The notes: generated by a model from the sequence alone, not told the origin. 64,000 nt of DNA from an uncultured Smithella sp. (GCA_964632255.1 CAZWCA010000002.1:37611-101610), one strand, 5' to 3'; shown: positions 25,919 through 36,280, counted from the stretch's first letter. Numbers and translations are program-made.

Positions 25919-27793
25919 TTAATTATTTGCTATTTTTTTGTTCGAATCAAAGATGCCGAATAATTCTAACTCAATTGTAATTCCAATATTAAATTTAACG
26001 AACTTTGGTTTCGCAATAGAAGATGAAAAAATGTTTCCGTAAAATGCAGCTGCCGCCGAGAGAAAAAGCATGGGTATAGACATGATCCCTATTATTGGAC
26101 GGTATCTGCTGCGTATCAGACGCGATGCGATCTGCAGCGTGCGATGACTAAAGTACAACAACATGTTAACTTGTGAATGAACATTGAAAGCTTTAATTTG
26201 GTTTGCAAACAGTTCAGCAATTTGAATCAAAGATGAATGAACAACATAATCCTGCTGCGGACGGATGGATGCAATAAACAGGGATCCGTTTGGATTCAAA
26301 AGGCTTAATGTTGAAACCAGGTTATTTATCAGCGTAGATTTATCAAAAGTAGCTATGATACAAACGATATTATCGTATTGGTTTGATAAGAGGCGATCTG
26401 GCGGATCCAGTATTTTTGATATGCAGATCATGTTACAGTGCATGTCCGTTATATTTTCCAGCCATTGTTCACAGTCTGGATCGTATAATATCAGACACGA
26501 TTTTTCCTGCTCATATTTCTTAATGATTTTTAGAGAGTCAAGATTCTCTTTTATAATTGGCTGATAAGGTGAGATTATTGAATGAGCATAGAAATGTTTA
26601 ATACGCTTGATCAAGTAATTTTTCTGCATAAAAAAACGTGTTCTGAATCCGGGACGGTAATGTGCAAGTTCCGGCACGCTGCAGGACAATCCCTGCTTTA
26701 AACGGTGTTCTCTCCATGTCTCGACACCCATGATCCAGTAGTGATGATTCTGATGGGACTTCGGTTTATTCATTTGTCCACGAATATCATTCACAATTTC
26801 CCTTGCAAATGCTTTGGCATCCGCCAATTGGGGAGGGATATCTTTCGCATGAAAAACGATGTCGTAACTGGCAGCGCGCTGTTGAGCTATTGTGGACCAT
26901 TCCTGCATGCTTTTGGCAATCTTTTTGGGCATCATTTCCATCTGTTTGAGCATAGACGTTTCCTGCAAGCGACTTTGGAGCTCCAGCATGAAGAATTCAT
27001 CTGAATCAGTCATGGCAATCTCATCTCCCGAAGGGCAAAGATCGGGGATAAATGAATAATCACAATAGCCGTTGACCGAAACCATCACTCGCTCCGGTTT
27101 GAGGCACAGCATGAAAATTAGAAAATAGCGGCCTAGGACTGTATTTTCATCAACCTGCCAGAATAATTGATTTGGATGCGAAGACGAAAATGCGCATTGA
27201 TTTAAACATTTAGCGACCGTTGTGCGATGCGGATGTTTGAGCGCCATACCTACAAGTTTTCTCGGTGGAACGTCGAGGATTCCATCATGGGTATTTACCA
27301 TACTTTCAAGCTGCGGTTCGAGCTCTTCGGTAATCGCTCTATAGCTTGGCCCCAGAACAATCGAGCGTCCCTTATAAATATGCTTTACCAAAGATTTAAG
27401 CGATCCATTAGCCAGAACGAAATCGGCATTCATAAAGACAAAGTGTGTTTCAAGCATGGAATCTCCGCACTCGATGATCGGGCGTGCGTAAGCCAAAGTT
27501 AGAATAACTCCATAAACAGAGTTTGTGATGAGGTCATCAATCGGGACAAAACGGACTGGGCAAATTGTTTTGAGTTTTTGAAAACTGACATTGTTTTCAA
27601 AATAATCTATATCAGCAGCGCTTGTCATGATCACTACTTCAAGCTGAGTGGACGTTGCCAGCGCCGGAAGATTACCCGGTGCAAGAAATGAAGGCAAAGA
27701 AAGTGTACAAAAACGTTTTATATAAGTTTTGCCCCAAACGACTGTTAGAAACTTTACCTTCGGGCAAGTAGATTCAAGTGAAATTTGATTCAT
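25919..27793 (-). CDS. Large hypothetical protein with a C-terminal TM anchor (possible glycosyl/other transferase plus Rossmann-like domain)
   Basis: 624 aa. The N-terminal VKFLTVVWGKTYIKRF ... FVFMNADFV looks transferase-like. A Rossmann-like stretch (CLILYDPDCEQW ... LNPNGSLFIAS) follows. The terminal hydrophobic helix is IIGIMSIPMLFLSAAAAFYGNIF. The function is not supported beyond this. Confidence 0.3.
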   Translation of the reverse strand: MNQISLESTCPKVKFLTVVWGKTYIKRFCTLSLPSFLAPGNLPALATSTQLEVVIMTSAADIDYFENNVSFQKLKTICPVRFVPIDDLITNSVYGVILTLAYARPIIECGDSMLETHFVFMNADFVLANGSLKSLVKHIYKGRSIVLGPSYRAITEELEPQLESMVNTHDGILDVPPRKLVGMALKHPHRTTVAKCLNQCAFSSSHPNQLFWQVDENTVLGRYFLIFMLCLKPERVMVSVNGYCDYSFIPDLCPSGDEIAMTDSDEFFMLELQSRLQETSMLKQMEMMPKKIAKSMQEWSTIAQQRAASYDIVFHAKDIPPQLADAKAFAREIVNDIRGQMNKPKSHQNHHYWIMGVETWREHRLKQGLSCSVPELAHYRPGFRTRFFMQKNYLIKRIKHFYAHSIISPYQPIIKENLDSLKIIKKYEQEKSCLILYDPDCEQWLENITDMHCNMICISKILDPPDRLLSNQYDNIVCIIATFDKSTLINNLVSTLSLLNPNGSLFIASIRPQQDYVVHSSLIQIAELFANQIKAFNVHSQVNMLLYFSHRTLQIASRLIRSRYRPIIGIMSIPMLFLSAAAAFYGNIFSSSIAKPKFVKFNIGITIELELFGIFDSNKKIANN

Positions 27794-27853
27794 AAATTTC
27801 TTTTGAAAGATTGCATGAATGAAAAGTAATCTTTTTCCACTGGCTGTAGCTCA

Positions 27854-29014
27854 TTAATTTTCTTGCCTCATCAGGAGCTCTTCTGTTCGTGCCAGAATAT
27901 CACGCGAAATATCCTCTTTTGAACAATTGTTAAGAATATCACTGAGCCTGCTCAAATCCGCGCCGGATGGATTAGCTTCATAATTACCCAGGAATAATCG
28001 AATTTCAGCTTCGGGCGGGACTGATGCCCCTTGCATAATTCTAACTTGCGCATAACGGCGCCACATGCTGAGATCATTTGGCGATAGCCGCAATGCATAG
28101 CGCAGACCTTGTTCTTCAAGAGCCAGTGGCGGAATCTTTCCGCGTTTAACCATTTCGGTCGCCAGAAGATAAGAGCGATGAAGACCGTCAAGATCATTAT
28201 TCCGCGCGGCATGAATCACCAAATCATGATATTCTTCCACGAGAGCAGCTGCAGGACCATCACTAAGAATCCGCCCCTGTTCCAGCAAAAGGCAGCGTGT
28301 GCAGATATTGGACACAAGCGTTTCTGAATGAGAGGCAATGACAAGAATCGATGATTTTCCCATTAATTCTTTCATCTTTAATTGAGCTTTTTGTGCGAAT
28401 TGCGCATCGCCGGTGGCAAGACCTTCGTCCAAAAGCAGTATTTCCGGTTCTACCGCTGTAGCAATGGAAAAGCCCAAGCGGGTCAGCATGCCTGATGAAT
28501 AAATGCGCACCGGCAAATCGATATATTGGCCAAGTTCGGAGAACTCGATTATTTCATCCATTTTACTTGCAATTTCACGACGAGTCATCCCAAGATGCAA
28601 ACCGCAGGTTACAATATTTTCTCGTCCTGTCCCGTTAACATTTAAACCGGGGGTTGTGTTGAAAAGGGTGGAAATTCGTCCAACGCTGAAGACTCGACCG
28701 CGTGTCGGCGCATAGACACCTGCAAGAAGCCGCAACATTGTCGTCTTTCCGGCACCGTTGTGGCCGATCAGACCAAGTCGTTCACCATCCTTGAGTTTGT
28801 AACATATATTCTGGAGCGCCATTACTACACCGCGTTCAGGATCAATAGTGCCTCCAGTTTGACCATGTTGCAATCTGTTACCCCGGACAGACCGCACGGG
28901 AAACTCGACCCAAGCATTTTCTACTTTTATCGATCTCACGTATTTCTTTCTAGAACCAATAAGCCATCTGATCTCTGCATCGGCCGTATATCCATAATGT
29001 GAGGCAAAGACCAA
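27854..29014 (-). CDS. wzt: Polysaccharide ABC-transporter ATP-binding protein (Wzt/TagH type) with a ~130-aa helical C-terminal extension
   Basis: Walker A is GHNGAGKTT, the signature is YSSGMLTRL, and Walker B is ILLLDEGLATGD. An alternative GTG start at 28939 (MRSIKVENAW...) would remove the 65-nt overlap with wzm. Confidence 0.85.
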   Translation of the reverse strand: MVFASHYGYTADAEIRWLIGSRKKYVRSIKVENAWVEFPVRSVRGNRLQHGQTGGTIDPERGVVMALQNICYKLKDGERLGLIGHNGAGKTTMLRLLAGVYAPTRGRVFSVGRISTLFNTTPGLNVNGTGRENIVTCGLHLGMTRREIASKMDEIIEFSELGQYIDLPVRIYSSGMLTRLGFSIATAVEPEILLLDEGLATGDAQFAQKAQLKMKELMGKSSILVIASHSETLVSNICTRCLLLEQGRILSDGPAAALVEEYHDLVIHAARNNDLDGLHRSYLLATEMVKRGKIPPLALEEQGLRYALRLSPNDLSMWRRYAQVRIMQGASVPPEAEIRLFLGNYEANPSGADLSRLSDILNNCSKEDISRDILARTEELLMRQEN

Positions 29015-29813
29015 CTGCCAGAGTACCGAGAGCCCACAACCAGCTGCTCAGCGGCGGCAGTCCTCCAAGCATAGGGAAGCGTGCAATAGTTACCAAATGA
29101 TAGAGAGGATTAAAATCGACAATGTAGGCAAGTTCCGGTCCCAGAAGATTTTTAGGCCAAAAAATAGGAGTTACAAACATCATGATCTGCATTGCACTGG
29201 CGATAACGAGAACAAAATCGCGTTTGCTTAGACATATGATGCCGACAAGAAGGCTCATCCAAACGCCATTTGCCAGAATCAGCAGCAACGCCGGCACCAG
29301 CATCAAGAGGGGCCAACCAGGAAATTTAAGCGATACAACCATGATTGCGACATAGAGGATCATGTGATGGGCAAAAAGAAGCAGGGAACTCCATACATGT
29401 TTAAACGCAAAAGCAATATAAGGAAACCGCATAGACATTGCAGAAGATTCTCCGGAAATAATAATACCCGCAGCATCTGTGATCTGTGAGACGACTAGAG
29501 ACCATATGATCAGATTTACACCGACATAACGAAAATGCTCAGCAGGATTTTGGTTAAGAACTTTGCCCCAGATAACCCCCATAACAATTACAAACAAAGC
29601 CAGACTCAGCGTATGCCAGAAAGGGCCAAGCCGTGTTCTGCGATGTCGCCAGACCACCTCAATCCAACCGGTATGAATCCACATAGATGCCATTTGCATT
29701 GCAGCTTTTATATCGCCAAAAGCAACTGCGAATGCCCCACCAGGTGTAGGCGATACGGAACATGCCGAATATCTTTGATTTCTTGTATGTTTATCAATAG
29801 TGAGTATGTTCAT
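28950..29813 (-). CDS. wzm: ABC-2-type polysaccharide export permease (Wzm type)
   Basis: 287 aa with about 6 hydrophobic helices, located immediately upstream of wzt. Confidence 0.8.
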   Translation of the reverse strand: MNILTIDKHTRNQRYSACSVSPTPGGAFAVAFGDIKAAMQMASMWIHTGWIEVVWRHRRTRLGPFWHTLSLALFVIVMGVIWGKVLNQNPAEHFRYVGVNLIIWSLVVSQITDAAGIIISGESSAMSMRFPYIAFAFKHVWSSLLLFAHHMILYVAIMVVSLKFPGWPLLMLVPALLLILANGVWMSLLVGIICLSKRDFVLVIASAMQIMMFVTPIFWPKNLLGPELAYIVDFNPLYHLVTIARFPMLGGLPPLSSWLWALGTLAVGLCLTLWIYGRCRDQMAYWF

Positions 29814-30109
29814 TTCAAAAAACTCCCGAGAACTTTTCTTGCCGGTTTGAATATGATATTGCCCGGAACAGCGGATGTTATGTTCAGTGAAATTTGCCTA
29901 AATTGATAACAAATGTGCAGAGAATAAAAGGAGGGGAATCCTCCTAAGGCATATGATCCTTTCCCCACCATCTACAACTGGTCCAGGCACCATCATGACC
30001 AACGACCGGCTCTCCATTTCCGCCGTCGCCAAGATATATCGGCCGCTTAGATACTGAAATTTTGGGGGTTAGCGATGAAAGCCGATATACATTAGAAAGA
30101 AATTTAAGC

Positions 30110-31147
30110 TTAGCAGGTTTTCACAATCAGACGCCCTGAATAATCAATGCGATTGAGCAACACCGGCAACCTCTGCTCGGCCAAATATCCATCCACGGCG
30201 CGGCGGGCTCCCATAAAATGACCGTAATCATCGATAATCAGGATGCCATTAGGGGACAAGTGCGGGAAAAGATGTTCCAATTCGTGTTTAGTGGACGTAT
30301 ACCAATCAGTGTCAAGACGTAGTAACGCTATTGTTGGAGGAGCAGAATGGGGTATTGTGCGCTCGACCATCCCTTTCACAAAATGTATCCGATTGGAGGG
30401 GTAGCCAGTGGATTGCAGGTTAGTTTGCACGTCTTCCAGGCTGGCCTCAGCCCAGTGACTTCCTTCTTCACTAGTTCGCCTGGGTAACCAGCCATCAATA
30501 GCACGATTTCCCCAGACATCAATGTCCTTTAGTTCATCCGGCTTTGGAAGCCCTTCATAAGTATCAAACAGGTAGAGATCGCGATCCGAACTCCCGAGTG
30601 CAAGCAGTGTGAGTGCTGCCAGCATCATGCTGCCTCCCCGCCAGACACCGCATTCAACAATATCACCGGGAATTTTGGCCTGTTCAATATATTCGACTGC
30701 TTTGTATAGCGCATACATGCGCTCGAAGGAGGTCATTGTATAAGTACGTATACGGTTGCTAAGAATTTGAAATTCGGATTCAGTGTCTTTCATGCCGGTT
30801 TTAACATCATATTGTGCAGCAGAATGCTGATGATCAGTGCCATATTCCTCATCTCTAGTGATATTAGCAAAACGATGCTCAATGCTTGCGGGAATCGGGC
30901 GGCCTAACGTCAATAAAACCTGCCGATAGCGGCTTACAAGGTCAGCTCTATCCGGTTCCTTGGTGAGGGCAAGTTCAAGAACCTTTTCCTCCCATTCCAT
31001 GCAAAATGGGATGCCACGTTCAGTTAACTGGGTATAGAGCTGTAACCCTTGTGCCAGACTAAGGCGACCATTGAGAAGCTTTGACAAGAGTTCGTTTTCA
31101 CTTTTAGTCAATGTGAATTTGTTCTCGTCCATGATTTTCATCAACAA
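30110..31147 (-). CDS. TylF/MycF-family O-methyltransferase with an N-terminal ~80-aa helical module
   Basis: GDIVECGVWRGGSMM, LYLFDTYEGLP, LRLDTDWYTSTKHELEHL and GILIIDDYG are TylF-family blocks. The N-terminal module is shared with wzt and 32126..33268. Confidence 0.8.
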   Translation of the reverse strand: MLMKIMDENKFTLTKSENELLSKLLNGRLSLAQGLQLYTQLTERGIPFCMEWEEKVLELALTKEPDRADLVSRYRQVLLTLGRPIPASIEHRFANITRDEEYGTDHQHSAAQYDVKTGMKDTESEFQILSNRIRTYTMTSFERMYALYKAVEYIEQAKIPGDIVECGVWRGGSMMLAALTLLALGSSDRDLYLFDTYEGLPKPDELKDIDVWGNRAIDGWLPRRTSEEGSHWAEASLEDVQTNLQSTGYPSNRIHFVKGMVERTIPHSAPPTIALLRLDTDWYTSTKHELEHLFPHLSPNGILIIDDYGHFMGARRAVDGYLAEQRLPVLLNRIDYSGRLIVKTC

Positions 31148-31308
31148 TATGCCTCCTTGCCTGAAGCGCGTTTTTTGGTTATGAGATTTCGAAATACAGT
31201 TTGAGCCTCCTCTTTATCGATTTGGCTATCAAATTTTTCATATAAGGCTGCCATAGGCGTATCGTTGACCACTTGATTTTCTTTTTCGCTTATTCGATGT
31301 TTACTCAT
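31141..31308 (-). CDS. Hypothetical 55-aa protein
   Basis: From the ATG at 31308 (MSKHRISEKENQ...), the ORF exactly fills the gap between two methyltransferase genes and overlaps the next start by 7 nt. There is no clear Shine-Dalgarno and no recognisable motif. Confidence 0.25.
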   Translation of the reverse strand: MSKHRISEKENQVVNDTPMAALYEKFDSQIDKEEAQTVFRNLITKKRASGKEAYC

Positions 31309-31322
31309 ACAATAATGATTTT

Positions 31323-32024
31323 TTATTTTCTTTTGCCTGTACATACCGCAAAAAGATAATGCGCCATGGGGTAGTAGCCTGTATGTACAACCTCGTCGTT
31401 CATAGAGAACATGAAAACATTATGAAAAAATTCCTTCATAGTTTTTTTAAATGCAGGCATGCTCTTGCAATTAACATGACCTGCCTTGCTTGTTGGAGAT
31501 GCACAGATCTGGCTTTCCAGTGAAGGCATACCAACAATTACAACTCCATGGACTGAAAGCGGCGCAATAGCATTTGTTATAAACATATGTTCATTTTCCG
31601 GGTCAATGTGCTCCAGCACATCGAGGAAGAAAATACCATCAAAGTTACCTAAAATCGGGCCGTCGAGTAAATCGTGGGTAAAAACAGGAAAGCACCACCG
31701 ATCGACCATCCTTTCCTCAACATCCGTGATAAAGACAGGATCAAAGTCTGTGGCGCTAAGTAATTTCACCTCCTGTTGGACTAATCGAGTTCCGAAGGCG
31801 TCGCCACAGCCAATTTCCAGCACATGCTCGCTGCCTGACAGCATCTTTGCTACAAACTTGTAACGCGCAAGTCTGAATAACAGATGCTTGGGGTCATCAT
31901 GCCAACTCTGACTGCTTCGTAATCCAAGCCGCTCAAACCCGCGAGAGGTCATCGCATCGATGCATTCCTGATATTGAGGTTCGCGAGTCCTCTCCTTCAA
32001 ACCATCATTCTTTTTTCCTGTCAT
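31323..32024 (-). CDS. Class I SAM-dependent methyltransferase
   Basis: Motif I is VLEIGCGDAFGTRL. FFLDVLEHI is also present. The ATG at 32024 is preferred over the TTG at 32069. Confidence 0.75.
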   Translation of the reverse strand: MTGKKNDGLKERTREPQYQECIDAMTSRGFERLGLRSSQSWHDDPKHLLFRLARYKFVAKMLSGSEHVLEIGCGDAFGTRLVQQEVKLLSATDFDPVFITDVEERMVDRWCFPVFTHDLLDGPILGNFDGIFFLDVLEHIDPENEHMFITNAIAPLSVHGVVIVGMPSLESQICASPTSKAGHVNCKSMPAFKKTMKEFFHNVFMFSMNDEVVHTGYYPMAHYLFAVCTGKRK

Positions 32025-32125
32025 ATTTTTTCCGAAATTGATTATTATGTATGCTCTGCCGGTATCCAATATCTATGCGCATCAAATGCCGGATTCCAGC
32101 AGCGTTATTGATAACACTGAGCTCG

Positions 32126-33268
32126 TCAGCATCTCCGTGACATTACCTTGCTGACCAAAGCCATGCGCTGCACCAAATCAGGCCGTTCCGGCTCTCTTTC
32201 AAGTGCCAGCAGTAAGATTCGATATTCCCAGTCTAAAGGAAATGAACCATAAGTTTCGACAATTATATTGTAAAATGCCAGGCTTTCCTCAAGCCCCATT
32301 TTCCCCGATACAAATTTTCTACGGAGCTTGTCTGCAACATCGGACAGCAGGAATTCATCATGCCAATCTATCTGATCGGAAATTGCCGATGGCGCTTCAT
32401 CATGAGCAAGCTGCCGGCTATTGTCTACTCGCAATGAAGTTTGCCCGGCCTCATATCCAGAAGTCACGGATTGTGGTACAATTCCCACTGATGTGCTACA
32501 TTCCAAAGCACCCATGAAAGGTCGCGCTTTAACTTTCCTGCAAATCATGAGTAAGCCGATATCAGGGATATTAAGTGTGCTTACCGTTTTGCCCGCTTCG
32601 GTAATTTCTCGTTCGTCAAGAGCAGTTGATAGTACGGGGAAGTAAGATTGATAGTTCCTTAATGGTGAATACAGATCATTATTTCTACCGGGGCCTTCAA
32701 ACCAGAAACCAACGAGTTCATATTCATTGTATCCAGCAAGATCAAACAGGCAGCGAGGAGTATAGGTGAAATAACCATGATCGGAATATCCTACACATGG
32801 CAGCGAGTTAACAATATAGCCACCAACTTTAGTAGAGTCATGTATAACCTTGAAAGCGTTATATTGATTGAGAAGATGTTCAGTAGTGCCGAAATTGAGG
32901 ATTAAATCAAATGTGTCGACAAATTCCTGCGGGGCAGATTCATGGTTCAAATCAAGGATAGTCGTCCGGTAGCCATCGGCAATATCTATAGCATTATAGC
33001 GAAAGCCTGCCTTTTCAAATAACTCTCCGACGAAAGCTCCGTTGGCACCGCCGTCCACCGGATTATATGCCGATCCCTGGGCCAGTCGTGCAGCAAAACT
33101 TTCCAGCTCTGTAGTCATCGCAATTCCAAAGCTGGATAAAAAGGCGATGATTCCGGCAGGCGATGCCGAATATAGATTTGATGATCCCACATCAAGAATT
33201 GAAATTCCGCCCTGGCCAAAAAGACCAAGTCCATGCATCCTCTCGATCATTCCTAATGAAATCCCCAT
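32126..33268 (-). CDS. Methyltransferase-fold protein (paralogue of 25067..25906) with a C-terminal helical module
   Basis: ILDVGSSNLY and FDLILNFGTTEHLLNQYNAF are present. The C-terminal 66 aa (LRRKFVSGKMGLEESLAFYNIIVETYGSFPLDWEYRILLLALEREPERPDLVQRM...) match the TylF-like N-terminus. Confidence 0.5.
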   Translation of the reverse strand: MGISLGMIERMHGLGLFGQGGISILDVGSSNLYSASPAGIIAFLSSFGIAMTTELESFAARLAQGSAYNPVDGGANGAFVGELFEKAGFRYNAIDIADGYRTTILDLNHESAPQEFVDTFDLILNFGTTEHLLNQYNAFKVIHDSTKVGGYIVNSLPCVGYSDHGYFTYTPRCLFDLAGYNEYELVGFWFEGPGRNNDLYSPLRNYQSYFPVLSTALDEREITEAGKTVSTLNIPDIGLLMICRKVKARPFMGALECSTSVGIVPQSVTSGYEAGQTSLRVDNSRQLAHDEAPSAISDQIDWHDEFLLSDVADKLRRKFVSGKMGLEESLAFYNIIVETYGSFPLDWEYRILLLALEREPERPDLVQRMALVSKVMSRRC

Positions 33269-33459
33269 ACGACTTACTTTCCTTTAAAACAGACCATATT
33301 GCTCAGAACCTTTTTCATAGTGGAAGACAGCTAATCCGGGATAGTGCTGACACTTTTTCTCTCCTCTGAGCATTTATGGTTAATTTCACCTCAAGGTCGC
33401 CGGAAAATGTGAAAAATTTATTTCTTTTTTCGGCATCATTGTTTGCATAAGCATTGTCC

Positions 33460-34479
33460 TTAGACTTGATAATACTCACGATACCATTCAACGAATTTTC
33501 TTATCCCTTCTTCGATAGATGTGGCCGGTTTAAATCCTATATCTCTAATCAGATCGTCAACATCTGCATATGTGACCGGTACATCACCCAACTGCATTGG
33601 AAGCATGTTTTTCCGGGCTTTCTTACCGAGACATGTTTCCAGTACTTCGATAAATTGTATCAGTTTTACGGGGTTATTATTGCCGATGTTGTACAACTTA
33701 TAAGGTGCATAACTTGATCCCGGATCAGGGTTTGCACTGTCCCAGTCAGGATTCGCCTGTGGAATCCTGTCAATGACAAGAACAATGCCCTCAACGATAT
33801 CGTCAACATAGGTAAAGTCTCGTTCCATATTACCAAAATTGAACACATCTATAGGTTTCCCTTCCATAATGGCTTTAGTGAATGAGAAGTAAGCCATGTC
33901 TGGTCGGCCCCAGGGACCATAGACCGTAAAAAACCTGAGCCCGGTACAGGGTAGGCCATATAAATGGGCATAGGTGTGTGCCATCAGTTCATTTGCCTTT
34001 TTAGAGGCAGCATATAGCGATGCGGGATGATCAACATTATCTCTCACCGAAAATGGAATTTTGGAATTTATGCCGTAAATCGAGCTTGATGATGCGAAGA
34101 CAAGATGCTTAACTTTGTTTCGCCTGCAACCTTCGAGTATGTTTGTGAATCCGATAATATTGCTGTCAATATAAGAATGAGGGTTCTTCAAGGAGTAGCG
34201 AACGCCTGGTTGAGCAGCCAAATTTACGACAACATCAAAACTATCTTTTCGGAAGAATTCTTCCATCTCCTTTCGATTTGCAATATCTTCTTTAATAAAT
34301 GTAAAATTCTTATACTCCGCCAGTTGTTGTATTCGCGCTTGCTTGAGATCAACATCATAATAATCAGTTAGATTATCGCGACCAGTGACGATATAACCAT
34401 CCTGCAATAGACGTTTTGAAAGATGATAGCCTATGAACCCTGCTGCACCTGTTACTAAAATTTTAGTCATCTTCTTCAT
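33460..34479 (-). CDS. NAD-dependent nucleotide-sugar 4-epimerase (UDP-glucuronate 4-epimerase-like)
   Basis: [34 protein letters not shown], the catalytic YAASK, and the family-typical [13 protein letters not shown] are present. Confidence 0.8.
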   Translation of the reverse strand: MKKMTKILVTGAAGFIGYHLSKRLLQDGYIVTGRDNLTDYYDVDLKQARIQQLAEYKNFTFIKEDIANRKEMEEFFRKDSFDVVVNLAAQPGVRYSLKNPHSYIDSNIIGFTNILEGCRRNKVKHLVFASSSSIYGINSKIPFSVRDNVDHPASLYAASKKANELMAHTYAHLYGLPCTGLRFFTVYGPWGRPDMAYFSFTKAIMEGKPIDVFNFGNMERDFTYVDDIVEGIVLVIDRIPQANPDWDSANPDPGSSYAPYKLYNIGNNNPVKLIQFIEVLETCLGKKARKNMLPMQLGDVPVTYADVDDLIRDIGFKPATSIEEGIRKFVEWYREYYQV

Positions 34480-34588
34480 ATTGAAAATTCCTTTTTAATA
34501 ACTGCCAGAGATGAACTATTCAAAAGATTATCACACCAGTTGACCTCCATCATGATTCAAACACGAATCGGCAACAGTCACGAATTGA

Positions 34589-35554
34589 TCATTTATGTTT
34601 CTCTGCAACCCCTATGACTTGTAAACCTGCATACCGTAATCTTGGAATGTTCGTTACCCAGTCATCAAGGCAAACGGCAACTCTTGTTATGGATCGAATA
34701 CCCGGAATAAAACGGAAAAACTTGTTAAACATAAGAACGTCGCTATTCATGAAAAAGCAAAAACCCAAGAAACCATAAGTCTTCCATAATTTAAGACGGA
34801 ACCCGGCACGTTCAAGAGGCAGAAGCGTTTCAGCGAGTCTTAAGGGGCGTTCCGTTTTCGAATCCAGCGTCGGGGATAGTCGATAAATTACTTTCCGCAA
34901 CAAACGCCAAAGAAAGAAATCATTTACCGGCTCTCGCCAATATAGATGACCTCCGGGGTGCAGGATTCTGAATGCTTCTCGAAAGAGGGCTTCCCTATCC
35001 ATCACATGATGAATTCCTCCCAACATAAAGACACCGGAAAACTCTTCATCGCCTAAGGGAAGTTTGGTCGCATCGCCCTGAATAAATATAAAGTTACCCG
35101 GATTCTTGTGAAACCGTGTACCTGCCTCAAGCATTGTTGACGAAATATCGACTCCAACCCCTTTTACCGCATTCTCACCAAACAAACCGAGCAACTCTCC
35201 CCGTCCGCAACATATTTCCGCCGCCTCGCTTAAATCTGCCGGGGTTATAACTTCTCGAAAAACCGTATCCAGATAATTCATGTATTCTTGAGTATGGGGA
35301 TATTGCAGGTTTTCAATATATTTTGCAGCAACCTTGTCATAATGTTCCTGTTGTCGTCTTGCATCCTTTGAACAATATTGTTCGGCGAACAAGGGTATGC
35401 CTGACTTCGTAACATGATAGCTGAACTGCCCGTTAAAAGTAACAAGTCGTCGGGGGCCATCATACAATAACGGCAAATGGGATACTGGGCATCGCAACTT
35501 TGCGGCCATGCGCGGATCAAAATTTATCATCGCTAATCGTAATCTCGACAGCAA
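34589..35554 (-). CDS. Class I SAM methyltransferase with an N-terminal Trm112-like segment
   Basis: LRCPVSHLPLLYDG is Trm112-like. ICCGRGELL, GVDISSTML and LHPGGHLYW are methyltransferase motifs. Confidence 0.7.
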   Translation of the reverse strand: MLSRLRLAMINFDPRMAAKLRCPVSHLPLLYDGPRRLVTFNGQFSYHVTKSGIPLFAEQYCSKDARRQQEHYDKVAAKYIENLQYPHTQEYMNYLDTVFREVITPADLSEAAEICCGRGELLGLFGENAVKGVGVDISSTMLEAGTRFHKNPGNFIFIQGDATKLPLGDEEFSGVFMLGGIHHVMDREALFREAFRILHPGGHLYWREPVNDFFLWRLLRKVIYRLSPTLDSKTERPLRLAETLLPLERAGFRLKLWKTYGFLGFCFFMNSDVLMFNKFFRFIPGIRSITRVAVCLDDWVTNIPRLRYAGLQVIGVAEKHK

Positions 35555-36279
35555 GGATTGGCTATAACCAGGATGGAAACACCAAAAGGCGGTCTGAGCA
35601 ATCGGGCTATCTTTACGTCGATAGTAAATACCATGGTTAAAAATCGATTTAACATGGGTGTATTGACTTGATTTTCGCTATTCAGCTTAATGCCAAACAA
35701 CCGGATAATTCGCCGAGCCAGCCAAATGGGAACAAACAGCAAAAAATTGAAGTGAAACGATAAATGGGATAGAAGTCCTGCAGCGATCATTCTTGATAAA
35801 AGCTCATCATGACGGTAACGGCGCTTGTGGTGTGCGACCTCGTCCTGAAGCCCCCACAAAGAGGGATAAGCTGGTACAGTAATGATCAGATTTCCTGTTT
35901 TTCGCAGCACGCGCCGCAATTCCTTAAGCGCCTGCAAGTCATCGTCTACATGTTCGATAATGTCTGTCGCCAGAATCAGATCGAAGCTTTCATTGGGAAA
36001 TGGAATTGCACAAATACTGCCTTGGCGAACGACCCCAAGCCCTTTTTTCGCGCACCAACTAATTGCCTCGGAGCTTATATCGATTCCTTGATAGTTTTTG
36101 AAACCCATTTCCTTGAGCATGCGAAGATTGGTTCCTGTACTGGTTCCAACATCCAAAATGGCGGCATTTTCCGGCATAGAAAACTCTTTAACAATGGAGC
36201 ACAAAAGGTAACGCCTGACGACAAACCACCAATGCGTGCGCTCCACCTTGCATTCGACAGCGTACGTTGCATCATCCAT
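35533..36279 (-). CDS. Class I SAM methyltransferase with a C-terminal hydrophobic segment
   Basis: ILDVGTSTGTNL, GIDISSEAI, ATDIIEHV and LRKTGNLII are present. Confidence 0.75.
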   Translation of the reverse strand: MDDATYAVECKVERTHWWFVVRRYLLCSIVKEFSMPENAAILDVGTSTGTNLRMLKEMGFKNYQGIDISSEAISWCAKKGLGVVRQGSICAIPFPNESFDLILATDIIEHVDDDLQALKELRRVLRKTGNLIITVPAYPSLWGLQDEVAHHKRRYRHDELLSRMIAAGLLSHLSFHFNFLLFVPIWLARRIIRLFGIKLNSENQVNTPMLNRFLTMVFTIDVKIARLLRPPFGVSILVIANPCCRDYD

Positions 36280-36280
36280 G

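Noticed and set aside
29814-30109. Small ORFs and a possible gene relic in the 296-bp gap between the TylF-like gene and wzm
   Set aside because: The longest frame is about 40 codons with no Shine-Dalgarno and no motif. The only supported element is a weak 6-bp hairpin plus T-tract (29921-29945, minus strand), which is too marginal to list as a terminator.
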